Assembly (NCBI RefSeq): GCF_004010195.1
Contig: NC_057740.1
Span: 24,773,199-24,837,198, forward strand
DNA: 64,000 bases
Direction of reading: 5' to 3'
Source of the DNA: Chiloscyllium plagiosum
Taxonomy: Eukaryota
Each line of letters starts with the position of its first letter. Position 1 is the stretch's first letter. The notes beneath the pieces are model-generated. The model was not told the DNA's origin. It made no database searches and saw only the letters and a program-made list of their open reading frames with translations. Below are positions 37,995 to 51,289 of the stretch, one piece after another. A program made the translations under genes and the position numbers.

Positions 37995-39770
37995 AAGGGT
38001 AACTTAGGAAGAGAATAGGCCTCCTCAAAGATCAGCAAGGTGGCCTTTGTGTGGAACTGCAGAAAATGGGGGAGATACTAAATGAATATTTTGCATCAGT
38101 ATTTACTGTGGAAAGGGTATGGAAGATATAGACTGTAGGGAAATTGATGGTGACATCTTGCAAAATGTCCAGATTACAGAGGAGGAAGTGCTGGATGTCT
38201 TGAAACGGGTAAAGGTGGATAAATCCCCAGGACTTGATCAGGTGTACCAGAGAACTCCGTGGGAAGCTGGAGAAGTGATTGCTGGGCTTCTTGCTGAGAT
38301 ATTTGTATCATCGATAGTCACAGGTGAGGTGCTGGAAGACTGGAGGTTGGCAAACGTGGTGCCAGTTTAAGAAGGGCGGTAAAGACAAGCCAGGGAACTA
38401 TAGACCGGTGAGCCTGTCATCGGTGGTGAGCAAGTTGTTGGAGGGAATCCTGAGGGACAGTATGTACATGTATTTGGAAAGGCAAGAACTGATTAGGGAT
38501 AGTCAACATGGCTTTGTGCGTGGGAAATCATGTCTCTCAAACTTGATTGAGTTTTTTTGAAGAAGTAACAAAGAGGATTGATGAGCGCAGAGCAGTAGAT
38601 GTTATTCGTATGGACTTCAGTAAGGCATTCGACAGGGTTCTCCATGGGAGACTGGTTAGCAAGGCTATATCTCGTGGAATACAGGGAGAACTAGCCATTT
38701 GGATACAGAACTGGCTCAAAGGTAGAAGACAGAGGGTGGTGGTGGAGGGTTGTTTTTCAGACTGGAGGCCTGTGACCACAAGGATTGGTGCTGGGTCCTC
38801 TACTTATTGTCATTTACATAAATGATTTGGAGCATAAGAGGTGCAGTTAGTAAGTTGGCAGATGACACCAAAATTGGAGATGTAGTGGACAGCGAAGAGG
38901 GTTACCTCAGATTACAACAGGATCTGGACCAGATGGGCCAATGGGCTGAGAAGTGGCAGATGGAGTCTAATTCAGGTAAATGCGAGGTGCTGCATTTTGG
39001 GAAAGCAAATCTTAGCAGGACTTATACACCTTAATAGTAAGGTCCGAGGGAGTGTTGCTGAACAGAGAGACCCTGGAGTGCAGGTTCATAGCTTCTTGAA
39101 AATGGAGTCGCAGGTAGATAGGATAGTGAGGAAGGCGTTTGGTATGCTTTCCTTTATTGGTCAGAGTATTGAGTACAGGAGTTGGGAGGTCATGTTGCGG
39201 CTGTACAGGACATTGGTTCGACCACTAGGAATATTGCGTGCAGTTCTGGTCTCCTTCCTATCGGAAAGATGTTGTGAAACTTGAAAGTGTTCTGAAAAAC
39301 TTTACAAGGATGTTGCCAGGGTTGGAGGATTTGAGCTATAGGGAGAGGCTGAACAGGCTGGGGCTGTTTTCCCTGGAGCATCAGAGACTAAGGGGTGACC
39401 TTATAGAGGCTTACAAAATTGAGGGGCATGGATTGTGTAAATAGACAAAGTCTTTTCCCGGGGCCAGGGAGTCCAGAACTGGAGGGCACAGGTTTAGGGT
39501 GAGAGGGGAAAGATATAAAAGAGACCTAAGGGGCAACCTTTTCATGCAGAAGGTGGTATGTGTATGTAATGAGCTGCCAGAGGATGTGGTGGAGGCTGGT
39601 ACAATTGCAACATTTAAGAGGCATTTGGGTGGGTATATGAATAGGAAGGGTTTGGAGGGATATGGGCCAGGTGCTGGCAGGTGGGACTAGATTGGGTTGG
39701 AATATCTGGTCGGCATGGACAGGTTGGACCGAAGGGTCTGTTTCCATGCTGTACATCTCTATGACTCTAT
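37995..39770 (+). mobile_element. HER1/CR1 LINE, 5'-truncated, frameshifted RT
   Basis: Consecutive RT fragments (KSPGLDQVY, GNYRPVSLSSVVSKLLE, MDFSKAFDRVLH, KLADDTK) and tctatgactctat tail. Confidence 0.92.
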
Positions 39771-41101
39771 CTTAGACTTTCAAGCCCAAATCAGTTGAGT
39801 ATTTTGTGCACTTTGTTTTTACTTCAATTTTCTAATCTTTTATTTTCTGTTACACAATTATGGTTAATTTTCCTGTAATTTAGATTAAGGGTGATTTGAT
39901 TGAAGTTTCCGGGATATTAAAAGGGATGGAGTAAAACAATTTCTGTTGGTGAGACTAGAACTAAAATTGAAAAGCATCAGTCTCGTCCTTTCAGGAGTAA
40001 AGTTAGGAAACACTTGTACATGTAAAAGGCGATAGTACTTTGGAATTCATTTCAAAAAATTGTAGTTACGTTAGCTGAATTATTCATTTTAAATCAGCTC
40101 AGTAGAATATTTGTTAACAACCAGTGTTGAGAGAGAAGGGCAAAGGCAGGTTTGTAAGTTGGTTGACAGACCAACCATGATGCAGTTGAATGGTAATAAA
40201 ATGGTGGATTACCATAGTTCCATGCTCTTCGGAAATGCCATTCTTGACAGCAGTGAACTACTGCTATTGATGGTATTTTTCCAGAGGAAGCAGGGCAATT
40301 TTGTTTCGTCTAGGGTGGCTCCTCTGGAGACTGATCACAGATTTTGCTGTCACTAAATTCTTCATCTCGCTATGTTGCTGCTGTTCCTACCTAATCCAGA
40401 ACTCTATTCATCTCTTCAAGATGTACCAGAAAATTTGGCCAGCCAGCTGCAACTCTCGTGGTTATGTTGTGTTTCTAATTTCTGCCCTCTACTCCGATCT
40501 GTCCGATTCTAACAATACTAGACCCTCCTGAATACGTTGTTTGTCTGTGACTGCCCTTGCTTCTTGGCGAGGCACCCTTTCTGTTAGACACCAAAGTCAA
40601 CACATACTTTTTCACATCGCCTTCACGTAGCTCACCAAGGAAAATATCTAATCCTCTTGAAATTTTGAGTGTTATGTACATGCAGTTTAGTACGCAGATC
40701 AGGATAACTCAGGATAAAAACACAATAAAAAACGAAGGGCGATGCTACCATGTTAAGTAATCAAAGTAACACTTTTTAATACATAGTTTATTTCAGGAAT
40801 TTGGATATCAATAGTGATTATCTGTGGCAATGTTTTCAGTTTGTGGCCTGGTTTCTGGCTGACAGCTTGCAGAAAAGAATATCTATTGTGACTATTTTGA
40901 CCTACATTTTAATGAAGGCCATTGCTGTTCAGAGTTATGCAGTAGCTTGTTTATCAGCTGACCTGCTACTGAATGGAAATTGATGCAATTTTTTAGGGCA
41001 AGTAGTAACAAAGATATTATTTTGGGAAACAATTTGCCAAGAAATGTTTGTCAATGAAGTAGAAGATTTTTTACATTTCTTCTTTTTTTCTTCTAAAATA
41101 G

Positions 41102-41168
41102 CCTGTTGGTGCCTTATTGCTTGAGCAGTGTAGAATCCAAAAGGAGGAAGACACTGGCTTCTCGCTAG
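41102..41168 (+). CDS. PLEKHJ1: PLEKHJ1 exon 3 (PVGALLLEQCRIQKEEDTGFSL)
   Basis: aatag|CCT acceptor, G|gtaatt donor, 67 nt. Confidence 0.93.
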
Positions 41169-41394
41169 GTAATTTTAACTTTGTTGCTTGTGTTCCATTT
41201 ATCTGTCAAAAATGAGCGCCCCAGCTGAATTGCAATATTATTTGAAATTCTCTTTTTGAATTGTTTTTGTTGCATGAACTTTTCGATAATTTAAAATGTG
41301 GTTGTATCAGTAGAGATTAAAACTCATTTCCACATGAGCATCCTGAAGGTGACAGGTCAAGTTTTTATTTTTAAAAAAAAGTAGTTCAGAAGGT

Positions 41395-41960
41395 ATACAA
41401 GACACTTTCCTTTATCAGTCATGGCATAGGTTATAAGAGCAGAGAGGTTACAAGGGATCTTTACAGGAAAATGGTTAGGCCATAGCTATAATACTGTGCG
41501 CGGTTCTGATAACCACACTAGGAAGGATGTGATGCTTGGCATTTGTGCGGAGGAGAGTCAGGATGGTGCCTGCGATGGCACAATTTCCAAATGAAGAAAG
41601 GTCAGATAAACTTGGGTTGATTTTCTTTTTTGGCACAGAAGGCTAAGAGACCTGATTTTCAGGTGGATAAGATGAAGCATGGATAGAGTGGATAGGAAGC
41701 AGCCGTTCCCCTTAATTGAAGGTCAGTAATAAGGAGGCATAATTTTAAGATGAATAACAGGACGTTAAGGTATTTGAGAGACAACCTTTTTCACCTGTTA
41801 TGTGGTGGGAATCTGGAGAGCACTACCTGGGGTGATGGTTAGGACAGGGAGCTTCAAACTTTTAAAAAGTACTTAGATGAGCATTTGAAATTCTATAACA
41901 GTGAAGGATATGGGTCAAGTGCTGGTGATTGGGCCTATTGTAGATTGAGAGTAGTTTGTG
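41395..41960 (+). mobile_element. Degenerate CR1 3' fragment
   Basis: Homology to 39140-39700 with many substitutions. Confidence 0.65.
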
Positions 41961-44378
41961 CAGACTTTGAAGATGATCCTCTTATTCTGTGACAAATGCC
42001 ATCAGGCCAAGTAGCTATCCACTGGTGGAATATCCCTCAAATTCAATATAACATTCTTTACTTATTTTCTAAATGTTTATACTTCCTACTCTAACCTGCT
42101 TTTTGTGTCCTTTTCACAAAGATTATCACTGTTTGGGACTAGAAGGTTGGAAATGATTTGTGATCCAGGCTTATAATTATAAATAATCCAAACTAATTTC
42201 ACACACAGCTCCTGAAATAGCAAATAAATGTGACTTTCTTCTATCAGGCTGGGCTGAGTTTGCAATAGTTTGCCAACAATGTACTAATGTCCTAACAATA
42301 TTCCTACTTAAAATTAAGTGATTTTTTTAAAGAAAATCTTCTGCCTTTTGAGGGTGATGGCGTGATCAGATGTTCAAAACTCCTTCGTTTTATAAATGTG
42401 TTCTTTTTCATCCTTGTCCTTGTATTGATAACTTATCAGTTCAGCTGCCATCTGTTTTCAAGAAATCTCATTATGTGGAAAAAGAACGTGCAGAACTCTG
42501 TGGTGTTAAGGTTCAAGGCTACATTTTTGTTTATTTGGATTATATCTGTCCTACACCATTGTGCATTAGCACAGTTTATGGTTTTGATTAACTATTGATG
42601 TTCTTCATTTCTTTGATATCACATTCATTTAAGACGAGTTCATGATGAGCAGTGAGGAATGAAGTTTCCTAACTGTATTAACAAGATTAATCTTTTTTCA
42701 TAGAATTGGGAAAGGAAGTTGAAATAGAAATTAAGTTTGTGCTCTTACACTTAAAGCTCTGTCAAAAACGTCAGTTTTATTTAGTTGAAATATATTTTTG
42801 AGTCAGCATTTCAACCTAATTTCATTACGTTCTTATCTCCATTGTCACCTTTTCTTCCAAATGTTTGCTGTTTCATTCTAATTAGCACAAATGCATCTGT
42901 AATTTTTTAAATGTCAAATAAGGTAAGATTGAGTATTTTCAGTGTGCTGTTTTTGTGCTAGTTAATCCCTTGCCCTTGAAGAAAGGGATGACAAGTACGT
43001 GAAGTCCAGAATGTCTGTTTTATTTACAGAATGCCTGTTTATTATATGTAAAGCTGTCATAAAACTTCTGTTATCATCATGGAACAGAGTTTTTCATGTT
43101 TCTTTGTGTTCTTTAATATCAGCAATTTGTGTTCTCTTTCCTGCTTCCTTCTCTGTTCTGCCTCTACAGTTCAAATTGACACACTTTTTTACTCTCTGCT
43201 AATTCATGTTAGAACTGTCTTCACTGAATCCTAAGGTATTTCTAGATTGCTTATTTTCTGTGTCACACTGGGTTGTGATGTTCAGTGTCTTTCTATTGAG
43301 TCTGAGACACCCAAATTTAATTTCTATCAGCAAGGCCCACCTTGATGACTCCTTGCTCTTTTAAATCACCAAAATTCCTTTGAACAGAAAAATGGATTAC
43401 TAACAACATTCTGCTTCTGTCTTGCCTTTCTTTGCCTGCATCCCACCAAAGCAGCTGCCCTTTTACTGTGTCAAGTTGTGAAAACTGTCATTTGATATTC
43501 AGTAGGTTTCTGTTTGGGGTCTTTCCCATGACAACTGGATTGCAGGTATAATCACTCCAGTTCTGAGCATTCTGTTTACTTTTTAAAGGAGATATTTAAA
43601 ACAAACTATATGGAAAAGTAGTCTACTCTAAGACGTCTTGCACTCTAGCATTTGATACTGGCTGCTTCTGTATTTTGGTCCCCCTCCCACCCTTTTCATT
43701 TCAAAAGCTGTAAAGAAACCTTCTGGATCTTTATTCCTTTGATTAAGAAATGGTAAAATGGTAGGGGCATTTAATAAAGATGGTGTGGTTGGGATTGTTT
43801 AAAGGGGTGTTAGAGAGGGGAACCCCGATGTCATTAAAAGTGAGTGATACGATTGACTAAAATGAAAATAATATGAAGGACAGGTTAAAAGAAGATAAAA
43901 AGCTATTTCCTGATAGAGTACATCTAAGAATCTTGAGGGAGAGATTGAGGTCTCTGAATTTGTATTCTGACCTCTATTCAGTGTGGATTGATGGAGGACC
44001 GGAGATCAGTGATTCATTTTTCACAAAAAGGAACAGGTCTGTCTTAGGAAGGAAAATTAAGAGTATGCTTACCGACTTGCTAATATGATTGTGATCATAT
44101 TAGTAAGTCATGCCTGTTGAACTTGGGGAGAAGTTGAGTTAAAGGATGGTTGGAAGAAATAATGTTTAGGCAAATGTTAGAGTTGCCCAATTCAGCAGGA
44201 AACTGGTTTTGGTCTGTACTAATTACAATAATTAATATCACCATCTGCAACTGAAGGAGAAAAAAAACCTGAAGAATCTGAAATAAGCAGCTTTTAAAGT
44301 TACTTTATGGAAGAGGAATCTTCATAATGTTTGAAGTGTAGTCACCGTATCCAAGTTGATTCTGAAATTTGGTTGCAG

Positions 44379-44469
44379 TATTTGTGGATGAACCAGAAAG
44401 AAAATACTCATTTGTATGTGACAATAAAGATGAATGTGAGGAGTGGATTGAAGCTTTGACAAAAGCCAG
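44379..44469 (+). CDS. PLEKHJ1: PLEKHJ1 exon 4 (VFVDEPERKYSFVCDNKDECEEWIEALTKA)
   Basis: ttgcag|TA acceptor, AG|gtatgt donor, 91 nt; conserved PH-domain helix Trp. Confidence 0.94.
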
Positions 44470-45016
44470 GTATGTTGACATAATTTTTTCATTTGTTATA
44501 ACCTTATGGACATACCAGGTGATGTCATAATAATTCTGGGCATTGATCTATTTTTATGAGAGACTTCAGTAAAATAATCCACTGGTTCAGTTTCACAAAA
44601 GAAGCTTCACATACAATCAGTGTTCTGCTTTGGAGGTTGACTAATTATAAAGGTTTTATCGAATAAAAGTTATGATGCAGCTCTGCTCTGCCTATTGTGG
44701 AACTGAACCACGGACAGTACTCTGTTTGACCTCAGCAAGGGTTACAATGGGATCTCTGAACAAGAAAGGAGAAAAGTCAACCGTTTTGAATATTGTTGAG
44801 TCAGGGAGAGATGAAAACTTGAGTAAATAAAAGATTATTTTAAAAATTCGTATTTTATATTTCATTAGCAAAGTAGTTATACATAACATTTTCTTAACAA
44901 ATTATGATTTTTGTAACTGCAATTTGTTAAATAATAAATTCCATGTTTTGATAGCGAAAATAACAGCTTGGGAATAAAATATGGAATAGAAGTTAATGAC
45001 TTTTTTTATCTTGCAG

Positions 45017-45080
45017 CTATGAGTACATGCGGAACAGTTTAATTTTTTACAGACATGAAATCGAAAAAATAACTGGAAAA
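45017..45080 (+). CDS. PLEKHJ1: PLEKHJ1 exon 5 (SYEYMRNSLIFYRHEIEKITGK)
   Basis: ttgcag|C acceptor (phase 2), AAA|gtgagt donor, 64 nt. Confidence 0.94.
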
Positions 45081-47188
45081 GTGAGTGAATGATCTTGAGC
45101 TTTCAAAATATGATTTATTATCAAAATCTAATGACCTCTCAACACTGAAAACAAGAAATAAGATATCTGAAAAGGAGAGATTTGAAATTCTGCCCCCTCT
45201 AGTCCATTCCCACTTTACCTTGAATAAAATGAGTATTTGATTATGTGCCATATAAAAGGTTATTAAACAAGATTTATTAGCATGAATAGAGGATTAAATA
45301 ATGGAGGAAATGAAGACTGGAGTGAAAGAATTTTCAAGTTGACAGGTTGACTGTTGGGAGTGCTGTAAGAAAGATTGCTGGAGCTTTATCAGAATACTGT
45401 CTATATTAATGATTGAGAAGAGAATGGAATGTATATAAATTTCCTGGTGATACAAAGCTAACTGGAAATGTAAGCTCTGAGAGGGACTCTTAAGTGAGTA
45501 GACAAATGTTTAATGTGAAGTTATGGGCCGGGTGCTGGCAGGTGGGACTAGATTGAGCTGGGATATCTGGTCGACATGGACTGGTTGGACCGAAGGGTCT
45601 GTTTCCATGCTGTACGTCTCTGACTCTAAGTTATTCAATATGGAGTGGAATAGAAAAGCAGAATATTTTTAAAAGCCCCTTGATGTTCAGGAGAACTTGT
45701 GTGTACTTGCACAAGGAGCAAAATGTTGGCTTGAAAAAGAAGATAAATCACTTGTTTGCCTTTCTAGCAAGGGAATCTGATTACAAGATTAAGGAATTCT
45801 TACACACTTGTATAAGGTTTTAGTGCAGCCACACGAGGATGAACGGTGTAGCGTTAGTCTCAGTATTTAAGGAAGGCCATGCTTACATTGCAGTTGGCAC
45901 AACAAAGCTGATGGACCATATAGTTCACTCCAACTCTGATTTCTTATGCTGTTTGTGCTCGTATGCAAAATTTGAATATTAGCTAGTGCACTGATTTTCT
46001 TTTTTTTGAAGGCCTCGTATAGTCCTTTTTGAATTATACTTGCACTAGCAATTTGTTCCACAATTCCTAGGTGACAGTTCTGTTTACTCTTTTTGGATTT
46101 TTTGCTGACTTGGCCAGTGTGAACTCAAGAAATCTGTTGGAAAGAGTTGTCCATGGCAACATTGTCTTAAATGAATAAAGCCCAAATTAGAACAGAAGAA
46201 TCTAAAGCATCTTGAACGTTTTGATGTTTGCAGCCCAGGGGAAAAAAGTCTGTTCATCTAAGTTGGTGCGCTCTCATTGAAACCCCATTTTGGTAAGGAG
46301 AGGATGGTCTCGATGCTTCATTCCTCAGTTTTGTTTCCTCCATACTTGATTTATTAAACCTGCTCTATCCCCCATTAGGTGTATTATGGCTACACAACCA
46401 CTTTTCTAGCCTCCTGTTTGTTTCTGATGGATCTGTAACTTCTTCCTAACACCCAATTTTGTCAAAGGCCTAAATGTTGTGCACAGAGAATGCAGTATGG
46501 CTTTGCTACTTTATGACTGACAGATTTGGCAGCTTTTCATGAAAAATGTAGAATTATAACATGTTCTTTGCTGCTTTATAGTTTTTCTCTTTGTTATTCC
46601 TTTGCAAAAAGACCCTAAATAATTATACTTTATCCATGTTTTCTTTACATGTTTATATCCTGTGCCACACTAAGAAACAAAAATATTCAGTCATATTGTG
46701 AATGTATTGTCTCATCCTTTATCTAAGGAAATGTCAATGCAGAAAATTTCCTTGATAATTAACTCTTCCAAATAAATGAATATGGTGTGATCGAATCCAA
46801 TTTGAATCCTTAATCATTGATGAATTAATAAAGCTCAGTCTGATCAGGACAAGGATAGCATTGTGGATCTTGATGCTTCTGGGTTAGAGACTAAAAATTA
46901 GTCTGCTTTTCTAATCTCAATTGCAATCCAGTCATCCCCTGGAATGGAATCAGCATGTCTAGATTTAATACAAGAACAAAACAGATTTGGCTTTGATATT
47001 TCCCTTTTGCTACAGTTTTCAGACGGGTAGTGTCTTGATGGGTAAATGAGGAACAGGCATTAGAGCAAGAACCAGCTGCCAGGGCCTGTGGAAGGAAATT
47101 TTACATTAACCTGTTCTTTAATTCATTACGTTTTCTTGCATAATAACCAAAGCTGCCTGCTATAAAGAAGTTTAAGAAAAATGCAGTA

Positions 47189-47429
47189 CAGAACAACCTT
47201 GATTATCCAAATGAGGCAGGTAGGGAGTATTTTGTTTGGATAACTGATCAAGGTTCCCATGGCGGCGGCAGTAGCAGCAACAACAGGGTTCCCGTGGTGA
47301 CCCTGTTCCTGCTCCCGCAGCCAGCCCAAGCTATCTGCTTTCACTGTGCTTTTATTTAAATTTAATAACATTTTGTTTGGATAATTCAAAACTCTGATAA
47401 TTGATGTTCAGATAACCGAGGTTGTTCTG
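47189..47429. mobile_element. Tc1/mariner-pogo-type MITE
   Basis: ~21-bp terminal inverted repeats cagaacaaccttgattatcc / cagataaccgaggttgttctg flanked by TA duplications. Confidence 0.75.
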
Positions 47430-47562
47430 TATCCTGCAATTACATACTTCTATTTCCTACTCCGAGTACTACCTACAGGTGTTTTCTTAAATTTAAAATA
47501 CGTAGTGTAACTCCTCAGTTGTACCATCATTTAAGTAACACTTGTTACTATACTGTTTGCAG

Positions 47563-47628
47563 GATCCATTGGAGCAGTATGGAATTTCAGAAGAAACTAG
47601 ATTTCAAACCAGATCCCAGAGGCTATAG
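47563..47628 (+). CDS. PLEKHJ1: PLEKHJ1 last coding exon (DPLEQYGISEETRFQTRSQRL*)
   Basis: tttgcag|GAT acceptor, TAG at 47626-47628; total CDS 450 nt = 149 aa. Confidence 0.93.
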   Translation, partial: DPLEQYGISEETRFQTRSQRL

Positions 47629-50600
47629 GTAAACGGTGAACAATGAATCTTCTGATTAACCGGTTGTAACTGCTTCCCTGGTCTTTTTAGTAAACTTGCA
47701 TGAAAGCAGCATACCAAAAAAAGTAAGGCATGTACAACCTCTGAAATATCAAACTGAAAATACATTGTCAGGGACCTTTGTGAAGAATCTGGAACCAGAA
47801 TTGTAGAGATGTATTTTACTGCAATGTCTTTAGACAAGTGAAAATGATAATTAGTGATTGTAGCTGAAGCCACCACTTATGTAGCATTTTGATCTGTTCT
47901 TTTAAACTTGTGTGTCATGGATCCATTTATGGAACTTTAATCTCTGGCTAGTGTAGACCAGTTATCCCCTGACCAATAGCTGTACAGCTAATGATGTTTG
48001 CTCACATTTTTTGTCGTGTGTGGGCAGCAGAACTTTGAAAGTGATTGTGGATTTTTTTTGTTTGTATAATTAAGCTAATGATTCAGTTGGCACGATAAAT
48101 TCTTGTTCAGTAATACAGAAATGGAAGTGTTCCAAGAATATGTAATCGGCTATTTAAACACTCCAGATTCAGTACTAAACTTGATGTTGAGACCAATGCA
48201 ATAATGCATCATGGCTCTGATGTTTTGATCTCTTCAGTGGCTTCCTTATGCATTGTAGCAAAGTTAATACATCTAGATCTCAGTTTGAATTCATTAAGGA
48301 AAATGCTTCGATTTCAAACATCATGTCAGTATTCAAGAATACCGTTATAAAGAAAAAGCCTTGCCAACTTGTACACTGCAGACCAATTCTCAAAGGGGAG
48401 GCTAGTATTTAAACTTGGTTTAGCATTCTTTTGAGACAATGCACATTGACAGTTCCAAGTACCAACATCATCAGCTGCCAGTTGTGTGCGCATCCACATC
48501 AGTCTCCTTGGTTATGAGAATCTGGAAATGCTGGACTTAGTTCCATCTTGGACAAGGATAATGGGGAGTCTGACTCCATCTGTGAAGACTGACTGGCAGT
48601 ATGCAATATCTACACTGTGTGGGCACAAAGCATTGCAATTTCTATCAAACTGCTACTGTGAGGTTAGCTAAGACCTTATTAATTATAAAATATTCAGTAC
48701 CTGGAAATTGTGGTATTTGTCAGACCAAAATTAGGTGGCAACTGGTAGTTAAGCCTACTAACTATATGCCTGTGAAATAGATTAATTCAGAGGTGTTTTA
48801 CGTTGAACCTTGAATACTAATTACTTAATACAGCAAATCAGTTATGTAGAATGCTATGCTAGGTAGGAATTGGAGCAGTATGGAATTTCAGAAGAAACTA
48901 GGGCACTAGTTACAAAAAAATCTGAACTAATTCCAGAAGCCATCCCTTTAGTGGGGTAATGTGGGCTTGCATGGACAGCTGACCAAGATATATAAATGCC
49001 ATTGCCATCTTATTGCTTTAAAATGTAATTCTGTAAACTGAGGTCAGATGGAGTGGACAAACATTAACCTGTTCTATCTTTCTCTTCACAGGTTCTGATG
49101 GAACTGGAGTGCTCCTCTAGTTTTTTTTTAGGTCTAGTTAATTTTTTTATTTTGCATGGACAGTGGTGTTCTTATGGGATCTGAATGGTTTGAATTGAAT
49201 GTTATTTATGATTTTTGTATCTTAAGGCTTTATGGGGAATTAATATTTTAGAACAGAACTTGAGTATTGCTAAAAAAAAATCTTGTCAAAGCTTTTGATC
49301 TGGTGCTGGTCAGGACAATTAACACTAATTCAAGGAGACAACCAACAGTTACACTACACAAGGAGAATGTTGATGGATAGTCAAGCCATCCTTTATTTAA
49401 ATTTAATCAGGTGGGTTGACTGATTTATCAGGGCAGTGCACACACAAGAACCAGCAAATGGCTGTCACCTGAGTTTAAACAAGGACAGTATATGTACAAC
49501 CTCTGTCTGTGAAGACCAGAGCTCTGTAGAAATGTGGTTTGCAGTGTGGGACACTTGCATGCGCAGGAAGCTACATATAAATACACAGGGCCCAGTTCTT
49601 GTGTACATGAACTCAACCTGTTTGAACACCATAAATTAACAGATGACTTGACTTATCAACTGTTTTGTGTGCAACACCTAGATCAGTTGGAATCAATCTA
49701 CCTGGCAAGTAACAGCCATACTTAAAGCTGATTGGTTTAAAATTTATAGTAAATGCTCCTAAAATTTAAATTGATCTCTAGTGAACCACCCTGAATTTTA
49801 GAATGAAATTTTATCTCAAGGCTTCACTTCAAAGTGATGGCCTATTTATGAGAGAGAATCAGATTGACAACTCTTCATTGGGACTTCACTTTAAGTATGT
49901 ACACTGTCCTGGCAGAAATTACTGTGACTGTAAATACTTCAAATTTGCATGTATATTAGTGACTTTTAAATTTTGCTCCTGTACTGCCATAAATGTAGAA
50001 GTCTTGTTCAAATGGAAGCCCTATTAACATAGAATTCCAACATTGTAAAATAAAACAAAGCTTTCATTTTTATTCATGAAGATGTTTCTCTACAACTCAG
50101 GATGCAAAACACCAATTAAATAACTGCAGCTGGAGAAACATACTACACATCTCACCCTAAAGATTGCAATACCTGTATTCTAACACTTACCACAAAAAAA
50201 AATCAACTTTTCATGAACCAAGTTTGCTTTATTTTCCTCCAATCATACTTAAAGAATGCTTCTGTAATTTCCTATTTAATACCACCCCCTAACTTCCCAC
50301 TACTATTTGGAGGCCTACAAACAACTCCACTACTGCACTTATCATTTAGTCAACGATCAATTTCACCTATACTTAAAATCTTCAATGTTGTGGACATGGA
50401 CCACAAACACTGGCTGTTTGGCTTTCCCACTTCCTGAATGTTCTGCAGCAATATCCTTGACCCTGACACCAGGGATGCTTTATTCCCTCTGGTGTCATAT
50501 CAGTGGATGCAGACGTCTGTTCCCCTGTTACTCTTTCCTATTCTACTTAATGCAGTTATTACCTGACTTACTATAGACTTGGCTGTTGCTGCATTGCCTC

Positions 50601-50814
50601 GGAGAAACTATCCACCCTTAAAAGTACCCAAAGTGGAAAGTCTGTAATGCATTCCTGCCCTTAGTGTGACTGGTCCCTTGTACCTGTGCACCCTACAGCA
50701 TAACCACCTCGACTATATCTGCCATCAATGATGATTTTAGCTTTTGAAATGCTCCACAATAATTCAGGATGCAAACTAAGTTGCTGCAGCTGGAGAAATA
50801 TGCTACACAGTCCC

Positions 50815-51241
50815 TGACTTCACAGTAGGGTTTTTGCAGTACAGTGGTAATGTCCCTGTCTGAGCTAAGAGGCCTAGGAGAAAGTGAGGACTGCAAATGC
50901 TGGAGATCAGAGCTGAAAACATGTTGCTGGAAAAGTGCAGCAGGTTAGGCAGCATCCAAGGTGACTTCACAGTAGGGTTTTTGCAGTACAGTGGTAATGT
51001 CCCTAGGAGAAAGTGAGGACTGCAGATGCTGGAGATCAGAGCTGAAAACGTGTTGCTGGAAAAGTGCAGCAGGTTAGGCAGCATCCAAGGAGGAGAATCG
51101 ACGGTTCGGGCATGAGCCCTTCTTCAGGAATCATAAGGGCTCATGCCCGAAACGTCAATTCTCCTGCTCCTTGGATGCTGCCTGACCTGCTGCGCATTTT
51201 CAGCTCTGATCTCCAGCATCTGCAGTCCTCACTTTCTCCTG
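50815..51241. repeat. Penelope-type terminal-repeat hairpin element with a ~140-bp tandem duplication of its left junction
   Basis: 50815-50960 repeated at 50962-51090; inverted arms aggagaaagtgaggactgcagatgctggagatcagag / ctctgatctccagcatctgcagtcctcactttctcct. Confidence 0.75.
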
Positions 51242-51289
51242 GGTTCAACTAAGCAGGCCAATTAAAAAAGATTTCTGACTCCCTCTATC

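Noticed and set aside
37995-39770. Intact reverse transcriptase gene
   Set aside because: Multiple frameshifts and stops with 5' truncation; dead LINE copy
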